A DNA stretch of 64,000 nucleotides from an uncultured virus (IMG/VR IMGVR_UViG_3300028577_000007) (IMGVR_UViG_3300028577_000007); one strand, 5' to 3'. Shown: positions 31,366 through 40,613, counted from the first letter of the stretch. The notes: a model not told the origin generated them from the sequence alone. A program made the numbers and translations.

Positions 31366-32064
31366 ATGGGTAACCACCGATCCTCCGGCTCCTTCTGCTC
31401 GCTCGTCGTCTCGACGACGACGGGATTCTTCGATTCGGTCGCTGCCCTGAACCCCACGGCGCTCGGCGACGGCGCCGAGTGCTACTGCATCGCGAACCAG
31501 TCCGTCTACCGTCTCAACATCCTGAACTCGGGCTCGTCGATCGGCGACCTGTTCATTTCCCCGAACTCCGGACCGGGGCGCTGGGCCAAGCAAGACGCGC
31601 AAGCGGGGTACTCCGCAGCCTTCACCGGCACGAACTCCTTCATCGGCTCCACCGTCACGCCGACGGCGAGCCTCTGGGCGGCGCTCCCTTCGTCGGCGGG
31701 GTTCTACGGGGTCACACAGAGCTCGCTGCTCTGGACGATCGACACGACCGCCGGGACCATGACTTACAATGGCCCGACCGGGAAGGTTTATTCCATCACA
31801 GGCATCCTCAGCCTAGCAGACAGTGTGGGGACGCCCAGCACGAGCTTTCAGGTGGATCTGGTCGATCCATCGATCATCGGCACGCCCACCGGATCGCTCA
31901 CGAGCACATTTGGGTCGCTCCCATCGGCCCCAACCGTGGTCCCGCATCAGATCATGGTTACCGTCACGAGCGGGCAGGTATTCCAGCATGCGTTCCGCAC
32001 CTCGACGGTGATCGGCCCCTTCACGTTCTCGCGGTACCAGGCGCTCATCGAGTGCATCGGGTAG
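31366..32064 (+). CDS. short spike-like protein with GPGRW anchor domain
   Basis: LGDGAECYC...YRL...GPGRW resembles the fibre N-termini; no collagen tract. Confidence 0.75.
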   Translation: MGNHRSSGSFCSLVVSTTTGFFDSVAALNPTALGDGAECYCIANQSVYRLNILNSGSSIGDLFISPNSGPGRWAKQDAQAGYSAAFTGTNSFIGSTVTPTASLWAALPSSAGFYGVTQSSLLWTIDTTAGTMTYNGPTGKVYSITGILSLADSVGTPSTSFQVDLVDPSIIGTPTGSLTSTFGSLPSAPTVVPHQIMVTVTSGQVFQHAFRTSTVIGPFTFSRYQALIECIG

Positions 32065-32077
32065 CCCGCTCGCCTTG

Positions 32078-32112
32078 AAAAGTTGCGAGCGGGCCGGCTC
32101 CTCCCGTAGGAT
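32078..32112 (+). promoter_or_regulatory. promoter TTGCGA-N18-TAGGAT
   Basis: Near-identical to 20659-20694. Confidence 0.65.
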
Positions 32113-32121
32113 CTGGGGGCG

Positions 32122-32826
32122 ATGGGTAACCACCGATCCTCCGGCGCCTTCTGCTCGCTCGTCGTCGCGACGACGACGGGGTTCTTCGACTCAGTGCAAG
32201 CACTGAATACCGCCGCCCTGGGCGACGGCGCCGAGTGCTACTGCGTCGCGAACGCCTCCGTCTACCGCCTGAACCTCACGAGCACGCAGGCGACGGTCGG
32301 TGACATTTTCCTGGCGCCGTTCTCGGGCTCCGGGTGTTGGTTCAAGCAGGACGCGCAGAGCCAGCTCTCCTCGAACTTCACCGGGAACTTCCTGGCAGGA
32401 TCGGACTTCGTTCCGACGGTGAATGTCTGGCACGCTCTGCCTGCCACATCGGTGAGCTACTCGGTCGCGAAGAGCTCACTCCTTTGGACGATCAACGCAG
32501 CGACCGGGACCATGACCTATACTGGTCCGGACAATAAGACGTTCTTGATCTTGGGACAAGCGAGCATCATTGACGGCGCAGGTACCCAGAACTTGCAATT
32601 TGATCTGACGGTGCCGTCGGTCATCGGCACGAACACCGTATCCCTCACGTGCGTCCAAGGCACGGTTGGCCCTGGGACCAATAACGCGGCGGCGCTCTCT
32701 CACCAGCTGCTGCTCACGGTGCTCCATGGAGATGTTTATCAGCACGCGGTGCGCTGCACGACCGCTTCCCCGGGAGATCTGTTCTTCCTGTTTTACTCGG
32801 CCACCATCGTGAACGTAGGGAACTGA
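32122..32826 (+). CDS. paralogue of 31366-32064
   Basis: Near-identical N-terminus, diverged C-terminal domain. Confidence 0.8.
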   Translation: MGNHRSSGAFCSLVVATTTGFFDSVQALNTAALGDGAECYCVANASVYRLNLTSTQATVGDIFLAPFSGSGCWFKQDAQSQLSSNFTGNFLAGSDFVPTVNVWHALPATSVSYSVAKSSLLWTINAATGTMTYTGPDNKTFLILGQASIIDGAGTQNLQFDLTVPSVIGTNTVSLTCVQGTVGPGTNNAAALSHQLLLTVLHGDVYQHAVRCTTASPGDLFFLFYSATIVNVGN

Positions 32827-32829
32827 CCC

Positions 32830-33150
32830 TTGCTCGTCGCCCAGAACCGCTCCGAGTACGGGCAAGCCGCGGTCGATCTCTACACGCCGCTCCACTTCGG
32901 CCTCGGGCTCGCAGCAGGCATCGTCGGTGTCTCGCCAGTGAAAGCCGCACTCTTCTTCACGGTGCTGAAGATCGGCGTCGCCTCTCTCGAACGCGGCATG
33001 GGCCACGCGCTCCTAGCCCGCATCCCCGGCGAATCGAACCTCAATGAGCTCTGCGATCTGCTCGCTGAAATCGGCGGGGTCGACGTGGGAGCGAAGATCC
33101 GATCTCGCTGGGCCTCGGCCCCCACAGTCCCCGTGAGCGGACTCCGCTAG
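32830..33150 (+). CDS. small membrane protein
   Basis: Hydrophobic HFGLGLAAGIVG segment. Confidence 0.6.
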   Translation: MLVAQNRSEYGQAAVDLYTPLHFGLGLAAGIVGVSPVKAALFFTVLKIGVASLERGMGHALLARIPGESNLNELCDLLAEIGGVDVGAKIRSRWASAPTVPVSGLR

Positions 33151-33311
33151 TCCTCGTCTTCTTCTCCAGTGAAGAGATCGTCGAAGTCCCCGAGGTAATC
33201 CCGCACGTCCTGGTAGTAGTCGCGCTGGATGATGGAGACGGCGGCGTTCACGTCTTCCTCGGTGACGCGATCGGATCCGGGTTTGGTAGCGGCTTTAGGT
33301 CGGCGAGCCAT
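33147..33311 (-). CDS. 54-aa protein with acidic tail (not in the ORF track)
   Basis: MARRPKAATKPGSDRVTEEDV...FTGEEDED; follows 33315-34664. Confidence 0.55.
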   Translation of the reverse strand: MARRPKAATKPGSDRVTEEDVNAAVSIIQRDYYQDVRDYLGDFDDLFTGEEDED

Positions 33312-33314
33312 GGG

Positions 33315-34664
33315 TTAGCGTTCCTTTACGTGAGCGGTGTAGGTGAGCAATTCCGTTTGGAGGCCGTTCCAGCGGCCGATGTGAGGCTCTTCGCTTGCGT
33401 CCACGACCCAGCCGAGCTCGGGGTTCTCGCGGCACCACGCCTCGAACTCCTCGAGATCTTCGTCTTCGAGTCCGGACGTGTCGCCATTGATGAACGCGCT
33501 CGCCCAGACTGCCGGCGCATCGAACTCTTCGATGGTGATGCCCTGGGCCTTGAGGCCGTCGGTGTTCGGGGTGAGGGATTTGTTCCCGAGCCGGTACTCC
33601 TCGTAGAAGGTCGTCGCGAATTCGTACGCCACGAGCTCGCGCGTGGGTTTCGAGAAGATCTTCGACCACTCGCCCGGTGACGCATACTCCTTCGCGTATT
33701 TCTTCGCGCCTGCCTCGACCAGGTACATCCAGGCCTTCTCGCTCAGCTTCAGATCGAAGGAGCCGTTCTTGATCTTCCTGAGCAGGTTCTTTTCGATGCT
33801 CTGGCCTTGGGAGTTTGGAGCCCCGACGAGGGAGTATTCGTTTTCGATGTAGAGGCTGAGCTCGCGGGCGGCAGTCTCGTCGGCTTGCTCGCGGGCGTTC
33901 TCTTCGAAGTCCATGCCCGTCCCGCGCTTCACCTGGCCGATCTGCTTGAGATCGCCGTTGACGTTCTCGAAGATGATGCCGCTCGTGTAGCCCCGGCGGA
34001 GGGCCTCTTTGCGGACCTCCGCGACGGCGCCCTGCCTGCTCTGGGCGGCCTTTCCGATCGCTTTCACGGCCTTGCCATCGGCGCTGACGCGATCGACGTA
34101 GTATAGGCCGTTGTTACCATGGCGCCAGATGACGTAGTCGTCCTCCTGCGCTGCGGTGTCCGAGTAGATCCCGCGTCCGTTCTTGCGCATGTCGCCCGCT
34201 TCCTCCAGGGCGCCCGCCCCGATGTATTTCCGCAACTGAAAGTCAGTAAGACTGCTGAGCGGCACGAGCGTCGTGCCCTCGGTCGTGTTGATCAGCACTT
34301 CGCGCCGGCTGCCGCTCGAGCCGCGGTAGTCCGCCGGGGTCTTTGCCCAGGCAATCGCCTCGAGCTTGCTCCGGGTGAGGGCGCGGTTCGGGGTCATGTC
34401 CCGCCCGAACGCCTCGTAACCATCGTCGCCATCGGGGACCCTGTCGCCGTCGAGGATGTCTCCGTCAAGGACTTCGCGCTGGACGTAACGTCCGCTCTCC
34501 CGAAGCCGAGCGCGTCCACGCGCCGTGAGGCGCCAAGTCCCGGAAGTGTCGATGAGGCCCGCTCTCGCCAGTTCATGCGCACGTTCCGTGGCGGGGCCCG
34601 TGAGCATGTCGCCGTCGCGTACCGAGGTGAGCACCATCTCGTCAGTCCAGTGGGTCTTGGGCAT
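33315..34664 (-). CDS. modular polyvalent-type protein
   Basis: 449 aa (track entry 33315..34664 -); last module WASAFINGDTSGLEDED recalls DUF6926. Confidence 0.75.
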   Translation of the reverse strand: MPKTHWTDEMVLTSVRDGDMLTGPATERAHELARAGLIDTSGTWRLTARGRARLRESGRYVQREVLDGDILDGDRVPDGDDGYEAFGRDMTPNRALTRSKLEAIAWAKTPADYRGSSGSRREVLINTTEGTTLVPLSSLTDFQLRKYIGAGALEEAGDMRKNGRGIYSDTAAQEDDYVIWRHGNNGLYYVDRVSADGKAVKAIGKAAQSRQGAVAEVRKEALRRGYTSGIIFENVNGDLKQIGQVKRGTGMDFEENAREQADETAARELSLYIENEYSLVGAPNSQGQSIEKNLLRKIKNGSFDLKLSEKAWMYLVEAGAKKYAKEYASPGEWSKIFSKPTRELVAYEFATTFYEEYRLGNKSLTPNTDGLKAQGITIEEFDAPAVWASAFINGDTSGLEDEDLEEFEAWCRENPELGWVVDASEEPHIGRWNGLQTELLTYTAHVKER

Positions 34665-34769
34665 GTTCTAAGGGTCCTACGGCGCCCGGGGCGCAGATCT
34701 TCCTCCCCGAAAACTATCAGTCTCGCCCGGCGGGTGCTACTTTTCGGGCTGAGAGGCCGACCGTCCCGA

Positions 34770-35372
34770 ATGCCCCCCTCCCCCCGCTCGATCCTGCCCG
34801 TGACCCCTGGGGGGCTCGCCCTGACCGCGCTCGGGGCGCTCGGGGCCGCAGCAAGCGTCTGGGCGCTCTGGCCCGTGTCGCCCCGCGTGCGCGTCGCTCG
34901 CGCGGCCCAGGGCGCGCTCGGGAGCTCGGACGCGAGCGTGTACTGGGCGGACGTGCTCCCCGGAACCCCGCCTTCCGGGTACCCGAAAGACTGGTGCGGA
35001 GCGTTCGCGTTGTGGGCGCTGCACCAGGCGGGACTCGCGAAAGATCGAAACTGGATCATCGGAGCTGGGTTCCTCGATGGGCTCCCGACGACGCCGACCC
35101 CCGACGTCGGCGACGTTGCCTACTTCACCACGAACGAGCACCAGGCCGTTGTCGTCGGCGTCGACCTCCCGGGCGGCACGGTCTCCCTCGTGAACGGCAA
35201 CGGGACCGGAGGCGCCGTCAGCCCGAGCGTGACGCCGATGTCGCACGTGGCGGCGTTCTACTCGATCGCGCCGCTGCTCGCGGAGGCACCGAGCGACGGG
35301 AGTCTCCCCTGGATCGCGGCGTCCGCTGTCGTCGTCGGCGCGGGCGCCTGGGTGCTCTTGCCGTCATCGTGA
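34770..35372 (+). CDS. CHAP-like amidase with N- and C-terminal TM helices
   Basis: WCGAF (Cys), GDVAYF, EHQAVV (His) and NGN. Confidence 0.75.
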   Translation: MPPSPRSILPVTPGGLALTALGALGAAASVWALWPVSPRVRVARAAQGALGSSDASVYWADVLPGTPPSGYPKDWCGAFALWALHQAGLAKDRNWIIGAGFLDGLPTTPTPDVGDVAYFTTNEHQAVVVGVDLPGGTVSLVNGNGTGGAVSPSVTPMSHVAAFYSIAPLLAEAPSDGSLPWIAASAVVVGAGAWVLLPSS

Positions 35373-35402
35373 TAAGCTCAGGAGCAGGAAAGAAAGCTGC
35401 CA

Positions 35403-35645
35403 ATGCCCCATCTGGTTTACTCTCCGATCCCGAATGTTCCGGTCGCCACAGGAGCGATAGGATCGCCGCATTTCTCGAACCCCAAGGGGTGGACGCTTGT
35501 CGCGGCGATCGTCGCCGCTGGCTATTACTGGCGCGGGGCCAAGGGAGCCGCGCTTCTCGGCGCTCCAGCGCTTGTCGTCTTGGGGTTCACGTCGGCGTCC
35601 GCTGGGGACGCGATGTTTCAATTTTTGCCTCCGAAGCAGGCATGA
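35403..35645 (+). CDS. small membrane protein
   Basis: AGGAG RBS-like sequence; two hydrophobic segments. Confidence 0.6.
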   Translation: MPHLVYSPIPNVPVATGAIGSPHFSNPKGWTLVAAIVAAGYYWRGAKGAALLGAPALVVLGFTSASAGDAMFQFLPPKQA

Positions 35646-35658
35646 TAAGGGAAAGTCC

Positions 35659-36444
35659 ATGGCCAAACACCAGATCCGGAACCACTCCACCAGTTCGAAA
35701 CAGACGTTCGCGCGTCGGGCGGGGAAGCATGCAGTGGAGCTACTGATGCAGTCGAGCTCGGCGGCCATGCGCTCGATGCGAGCGCTCGACTACGAGGTGC
35801 AGTCGGAGGGCTCGGACGACGTGATCGCGATGCGCGTGGCGGAGGTCGTATCCGAACTGGCGAAGGTAGTCCGCAATGTCGGCTACAACCCGGAGGCCGC
35901 TCAGATCGAGTCAGCGGCGAAAGACATCCTGGCGGAGCTCGGCAAGCGCTACGGTATGAAACCGAACTCCCGCCGCGAGCGCTCGCTCGACGGTCTCTCG
36001 GACGATCCGATCCTGCTCAAGGCCTACTGCGAGATGGCAGCCGAGAGCATTGAGCTCAAAAACTGGAAAGACGCCGAGCCGAACGACGAAGTGCGCGCGC
36101 TCGCGGCCGAGTACGACGAAGAGCTGAAGAAGGCCCTGGCGGATCTCGTCGAGAAGTACCCGCCCGACAACGACGCCACGGCCGAAGATCTCTGGGCCGC
36201 GAACGCCGCTTACCTCGTCCTGATGACGCTGCGCGGGGAAGGCGTCGGGATCTGGGACGGCGACTGGACCGACTTCTACGAAGACACCGACAAGGCCGAA
36301 GCCTTCCTGAAGAAGCGGCTTGGTAAATACGCAGACGACACCGGCTCGGGCAAGCTAGAAGATGCATTCAGAGAGGCGGCCATCGAGTCATGCGGCGAGC
36401 CGGGCGACGACTCGGATGAGGATGACGAAGACGACGAGGACTGA
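35659..36444 (+). CDS. modular acidic hypothetical protein
   Basis: Modules joined at MKPN; GEGVGIWDGDW motif; D/E-rich tail. Confidence 0.7.
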   Translation: MAKHQIRNHSTSSKQTFARRAGKHAVELLMQSSSAAMRSMRALDYEVQSEGSDDVIAMRVAEVVSELAKVVRNVGYNPEAAQIESAAKDILAELGKRYGMKPNSRRERSLDGLSDDPILLKAYCEMAAESIELKNWKDAEPNDEVRALAAEYDEELKKALADLVEKYPPDNDATAEDLWAANAAYLVLMTLRGEGVGIWDGDWTDFYEDTDKAEAFLKKRLGKYADDTGSGKLEDAFREAAIESCGEPGDDSDEDDEDDED

Positions 36445-36496
36445 CTTCTGCTAGGCTCCTCCCCGGTGGCGGAGGGGCCTACCAAGGAGTCATTCA

Positions 36497-37693
36497 ATGG
36501 CGTTTCGAAACTACCTCAAACATCGTCACTTCCGGCACAACACCGCGGGCGTCTCCTACACGCCGAAGCAGCTCGCTCAGATCTACGGGTTCCCGAAGGA
36601 GTTCGATGGGACGGGCCAGAAGGTCGCCGTCATCGAGCTCGGCGGCGGCTACGTGCAGGCCGATCTCGACAAGTACTTCGCTTCGCTCGGCTTGAAGGTG
36701 AAGCCCGTCGTCTTCCACAGCGTGAACGGCGCCCTGAACGCCCCCGGTGACCCGAACGGCCCCGACGGCGAAGTGATGCTCGACCTCTGCGTTATTGGCG
36801 GCATGGCCCCGGGCGCCGAGCTCCACTGCTACATGGCGGGCAACACCGACGCGGATTTTCTCGCCGCGATCAAAGAAGCCATCGCCGACAAGATGACGGC
36901 GATCTCGATCTCCTGGGGCGCGGCCGAAAATCAATGGGCCGCTGCCTCCATCACGAGCTTCAATGCGGCCTTCGCGAATGCCATTGCGGCCGGCGTCACG
37001 GTCACGGCGGCAGCGGGCGACAACGGATCAGGCGACGGAGAAGCCGGTCAGCACGTGGACTTCCCGGCCTCGAGCCCCTACGTGCTCGGCTGCGGCGGCA
37101 CCTCGCTCCCGAGTTCGAGCCCGCTCACTGAAGTCGTCTGGAACGATGGCTCGACGGGCGGCGCGACCGGCGGCGGTACGAGCTCGGTCTTCCCGATCCC
37201 CGACTACCAAAAGGCCTCGAACGTCCCGGGCTCGACCCATCGCGGCGTCCCGGACGTGGCGGGCTGCGCCGATCCCGAAACCGGCTGGAACATCATCGTG
37301 GACGGCCAGCAAATGGTCATCGGCGGCACGAGCGCCGTCGCGCCCATGTGGGCCGCGCTCGCGGCGGTCTTGAGTCAAGCCGTCGGCAAACCCATCGGCT
37401 TCATCAACTCGCAGATCTACGCCCTCCGCGGCTGGAACCGCGACATCACGAGCGGCAGTAACGGGACGTTCGTGGCGAGAGCGGGCTACGACTGTTGCAC
37501 CGGCAACGGCGTCCCCGTGGGGGCAGCTCTCCTCGCAGCGCTGAAGCCCGTCGTGGCGCCGCCCCCGCCGCCTGCTCCGGCCCCCGCGCCTCCGCCACCA
37601 GCGCCCGCGCCGGTGCCGCCACCCGCCTCGCATGTGCACACGATCGTCGTCACGGGAGCTGCAAGCGTGACGATCGACGGTAAGCCCGTCTAA
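36497..37693 (+). CDS. S53 (sedolisin/kumamolisin-like) serine protease lacking the prodomain
   Basis: GEVMLD (Glu/Asp), AAGDNG, GGTSAVAP (Ser) and GYDCCTGNG Ca site; Pro-rich linker. Confidence 0.92.
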   Translation: MAFRNYLKHRHFRHNTAGVSYTPKQLAQIYGFPKEFDGTGQKVAVIELGGGYVQADLDKYFASLGLKVKPVVFHSVNGALNAPGDPNGPDGEVMLDLCVIGGMAPGAELHCYMAGNTDADFLAAIKEAIADKMTAISISWGAAENQWAAASITSFNAAFANAIAAGVTVTAAAGDNGSGDGEAGQHVDFPASSPYVLGCGGTSLPSSSPLTEVVWNDGSTGGATGGGTSSVFPIPDYQKASNVPGSTHRGVPDVAGCADPETGWNIIVDGQQMVIGGTSAVAPMWAALAAVLSQAVGKPIGFINSQIYALRGWNRDITSGSNGTFVARAGYDCCTGNGVPVGAALLAALKPVVAPPPPPAPAPAPPPPAPAPVPPPASHVHTIVVTGAASVTIDGKPV

Positions 37694-37932
37694 AGACGCG
37701 GCTCGTCGCCCGTCTCGTCGATGACGGTGAACGATACCAGGCTCGGCGGATCGACGTAGTCGCCGAGCCAATGGAGGATGATGCCCTTCACGTTGGCGGC
37801 GGCGCTCCACGCCGCCGTCGACCGAGACGAGATCATCCCCGCGCTCGTGTCTGCGGTCGCCAGGATCGGCAGAAGCGCGTCGTGGTCCGGGCTATCCGGA
37901 TCTTCGATGATGCAGGTGATGGTGAAGTGCAT
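37690..37932 (-). CDS. hypothetical protein
   Basis: Part of a 3-gene minus-strand unit. Confidence 0.5.
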   Translation of the reverse strand: MHFTITCIIEDPDSPDHDALLPILATADTSAGMISSRSTAAWSAAANVKGIILHWLGDYVDPPSLVSFTVIDETGDEPRL

Positions 37933-37938
37933 TGGTCT

Positions 37939-38196
37939 TCAGGCGCCGAGACCGGTCATGTCGAGCTGCTGCTGAGCGAAGCTCGGTAGGTACACGGGGT
38001 TCCCTGTTACGTACTCGATCGCGTGCAAGTGGCAGAGTCTGATCTCGGGCTGCCAGATCCCGAGGCGAGCGTCCCAGGACTCCACGACGCGCGTGATGTC
38101 GAGCACGCAGCGCCCAGAACCAGTCCGAAAGAAGCACGTCCTCGGATAGCCTGAGTCGGCGCGCGGGCGCGGGATGACGATGGCGCGGACGGGCAT
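37939..38196 (-). CDS. hypothetical protein
   Basis: Part of a 3-gene minus-strand unit. Confidence 0.45.
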   Translation of the reverse strand: MPVRAIVIPRPRADSGYPRTCFFRTGSGRCVLDITRVVESWDARLGIWQPEIRLCHLHAIEYVTGNPVYLPSFAQQQLDMTGLGA

Positions 38197-38205
38197 GGCT
38201 CGGCC

Positions 38206-38514
38206 CTACTCGCTCGGCGACGAAGGATCCCGCTTACCCCGTTGGGTTTCCGCGTACGCCTTTACCCAGGCCTCCTTCACCCACAGGGGCCATCTGATGC
38301 GCTCGGAGTTGGTCTCGAGCGCGCCGAGCTGTTTCATCGCCCCAGCGACGGCGCCGGCGAGATCTCCGCGGTCGTACGCGATCACGCTCGACGGCCCGTG
38401 CACGTAGGCATGGTAGACGCCGTGCTCGAAGTTCAGGTGGAGCTTGCACTGGGAGCGCTCGAGCCGCTCCTGCACTTCCCCGAGGGTCAGATTTGAGATG
38501 TCGCCAGCAATCAT
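38206..38514 (-). CDS. hypothetical protein
   Basis: GGAG RBS; promoter and operator upstream. Confidence 0.65.
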   Translation of the reverse strand: MIAGDISNLTLGEVQERLERSQCKLHLNFEHGVYHAYVHGPSSVIAYDRGDLAGAVAGAMKQLGALETNSERIRWPLWVKEAWVKAYAETQRGKRDPSSPSE

Positions 38515-38533
38515 AGGGTTTTCTCCGTGGTGT

Positions 38534-38550
38534 GACAGTTATGTGCTGTC
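38534..38550. promoter_or_regulatory. palindromic operator (site 3)
   Basis: gacagt tatgt gctgtc upstream of the 38514 start. Confidence 0.6.
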
Positions 38551-38589
38551 ATACTGCTGGCAGGGTGTCAACCCTTCCCTCGGTCAGGA

Positions 38590-39258
38590 TCAGAGCCAGA
38601 GCCACGCAGCGGCGCCAGCCCCCGCCACGAGCGCTCCGCCGAGCATCCACGTGAGCGCCGAGTCCCCGAGCTTCAGGTACGTGAGGGCCGTGTTGTTGTA
38701 GAGCACGAGCTGGAGCGAGTAGTCGCTGTCTTCGGTGAAGTTGAAGACGTTTTTTCCGGGCGAGCATTGGATGCAGCTCGGGCCGGAGCCTGCGTTGTAG
38801 ACCGAGCCGAGGTACGGTAGCTCGCAGCGCCAGGGGCACGCCGCGCTCGCGCACAAAGTCTTGATGAACGCGACCCCGACGGGGATGTTCACGGAGGGAT
38901 CGAGGAGCTCGGCTCGAGAGTACTTCGTGAAGTACTGGGGCATGAGCTGCATCACGCCGACGGCCCCCGCTCCGCTCACGGCGCTTGCTTGAGCTTGGTA
39001 GTCCTTCGACAGGAACCCCGTCTCGACGCAGGCGAAGGCGAGCGCCCACGAGCGCGGGATGCCGCTTTTGTCGGCGGCCGGCCCGAGCTCGGAGCCGAAG
39101 TTCGACCAGGTGGCGACCATCTCGGGAAATCGAGCGTCCGTCGGTAGAAGTAGCGGGACCCCCATGCCCTCGACTTCGATGAGACCCCCGGGATTCGTGC
39201 GCCAGCGCGCCCCTCCACAGTTATTTGCGGTGAAGTCGGTCGCCATGGCAGACTCCAT
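38590..39258 (-). CDS. lytic transglycosylase (SLT) with C-terminal TM anchor
   Basis: CVETGF (Glu), AVSGAGAVGVMQLMP, DPSVNI and YNAG. Confidence 0.88.
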   Translation of the reverse strand: MESAMATDFTANNCGGARWRTNPGGLIEVEGMGVPLLLPTDARFPEMVATWSNFGSELGPAADKSGIPRSWALAFACVETGFLSKDYQAQASAVSGAGAVGVMQLMPQYFTKYSRAELLDPSVNIPVGVAFIKTLCASAACPWRCELPYLGSVYNAGSGPSCIQCSPGKNVFNFTEDSDYSLQLVLYNNTALTYLKLGDSALTWMLGGALVAGAGAAAWLWL

Positions 39259-39297
39259 CGTACCTGTCTCGATCCCCAGAGTCCAGAAAGCCGCCTC

Positions 39298-39507
39298 GTG
39301 CCCAAACCCAGCGTCGCAACCGGCAAGAAACTGCTCCGAGATCTGACCCGGTACGCCCAAGCAGTGCAGAAGGTCAAAGGCATCGGCTTCTTCGAAGCGG
39401 TGCGATTCATGCGGGACCACGCAGAAGAGGCGGCGCGCGAGATTGGCGTCTCGAGCGCGTTCGTGACGCTTTGGGCTGAGACCGAGCTTCGCCAGGCGGG
39501 GCGCTGA
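39298..39507 (+). CDS. small hypothetical protein
   Basis: 69 aa; weak HTH-like AAREIGVS. Confidence 0.5.
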   Translation: MPKPSVATGKKLLRDLTRYAQAVQKVKGIGFFEAVRFMRDHAEEAAREIGVSSAFVTLWAETELRQAGR

Positions 39508-39518
39508 GAGCGCTCGGC

Positions 39519-40163
39519 ATGCTCACCAATCGCGCCTGGATCTATGTGGGGCTCGGCGCCGCAACGCTCACGGCGGTCGGGCTCGTCGAGATCTTGGGGG
39601 CCCCGACCCTTCGCAAAGGAGATCGCGTGCTCCTGGTCGGCGACTCCCTCGCCGTCGGCTTGTCGGCACCCTTCGGGGCGCTCTGCCAAGAGAGCGGCAT
39701 CGCCTTTCAGGCGCTCGCGACCGTCGGCACGCGGATCGATCAGTGGGCTCAATCGCAACCGCTCTCGGATGCCCTGGCGGCGTTCCAGCCGACGATCGTG
39801 CTCATCTCCCTCGGCACGAACGACGCCTACATGCTGCCGTCACCCGGGCAAGACATCGGCGCCCGCCAAGCGCCCTACATGGAAGAGCTGCTCTCGAAGA
39901 TCGAGACGGCGGGACCTCGCGCGATCGTCTGGATCAGCCCGCCGACGCTCCCTGCCGCGGCCGTCTCCCTTGGGCCCGTGATGGCGCTCATCACGAGCGA
40001 GCACGCCGTCAGCTTTCCGCGCCTGAAGCCGCGCGTGGCGTTCTTTCCGACGCAGAGCCTGGATGTCCCTGTAGAACAGCTCCCGCGAGGCCCCGACGGC
40101 ATCCATCCGGTACCCCGCGGCTACGCGGCCTGGGCGGGCGCGCTGTGGCAGTGGCTGACTTAG
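39519..40163 (+). CDS. SGNH/GDSL hydrolase with N-terminal TM
   Basis: VGDSL, LGTND and DGIHP blocks. Confidence 0.9.
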   Translation: MLTNRAWIYVGLGAATLTAVGLVEILGAPTLRKGDRVLLVGDSLAVGLSAPFGALCQESGIAFQALATVGTRIDQWAQSQPLSDALAAFQPTIVLISLGTNDAYMLPSPGQDIGARQAPYMEELLSKIETAGPRAIVWISPPTLPAAAVSLGPVMALITSEHAVSFPRLKPRVAFFPTQSLDVPVEQLPRGPDGIHPVPRGYAAWAGALWQWLT

Positions 40164-40199
40164 TCGCTTGCGGTCGAGATAGCACTGTGATAGTTCGCT

Positions 40200-40216
40200 G
40201 ACAGCTAGAGGCTGTC
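40200..40216. promoter_or_regulatory. palindromic operator (site 4)
   Basis: gacagc tagag gctgtc, 29 bp before the RHH gene. Confidence 0.65.
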
Positions 40217-40245
40217 TTGAGGCCCATCGAAAGAAATCGGACTAG

Positions 40246-40419
40246 ATGCAGCAGAAGAGACAATCGCTGAAAAACGGCCGCCACACGCTCACGGTGAGGA
40301 TGCAGCCGGAGGACTTCGATCATTTGTTGATCGCTCAAGCAAAGGTGGCGAAAAAAGAGCGGCGCAAGGTGACGCTCAATGAGCTGGTCGTGACCCAAAT
40401 CCGGACGCTCCCGCGATGA
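40246..40419 (+). CDS. 57-aa ribbon-helix-helix (Arc-like) protein (not in the ORF track)
   Basis: MQQKRQSLKNGRHTLTVRMQPEDFDHLLIAQAKVAKKERRKVTLNELVVTQIRTLPR: strand TLTVRM followed by TLNELV helix B; ATGA overlap with the next gene. Confidence 0.7.
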   Translation: MQQKRQSLKNGRHTLTVRMQPEDFDHLLIAQAKVAKKERRKVTLNELVVTQIRTLPR

Positions 40420-40613
40420 GCGACTTCGATGAAGAGCGTCCGTTCCGGCCGATCGAGCGGCTCCATCCGGTGTGGCGGGAGATGTTCGAGGGGGCGTATG
40501 CAGCGGATCCTGTACGCACGCACGCGAAGCTCGTGCATGCGGGGTACTGGTGGGTCGCGGCCCAACTCAAGATCGATCACGCGGTTGGCCGCTTAGGGGA
40601 GCCGCGGGCGTGA
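40416..40613 (+). CDS. hypothetical protein
   Basis: Coupled to both neighbours. Confidence 0.55.
   Translation: MSDFDEERPFRPIERLHPVWREMFEGAYAADPVRTHAKLVHAGYWWVAAQLKIDHAVGRLGEPRA

Noticed and set aside
34119..34769. N-terminal extension of the CHAP-like ORF (and similar extensions at 2392, 22877, 24133, 60428)
   Set aside because: Overlaps better-supported genes; downstream ATGs with promoters or translational coupling fit better
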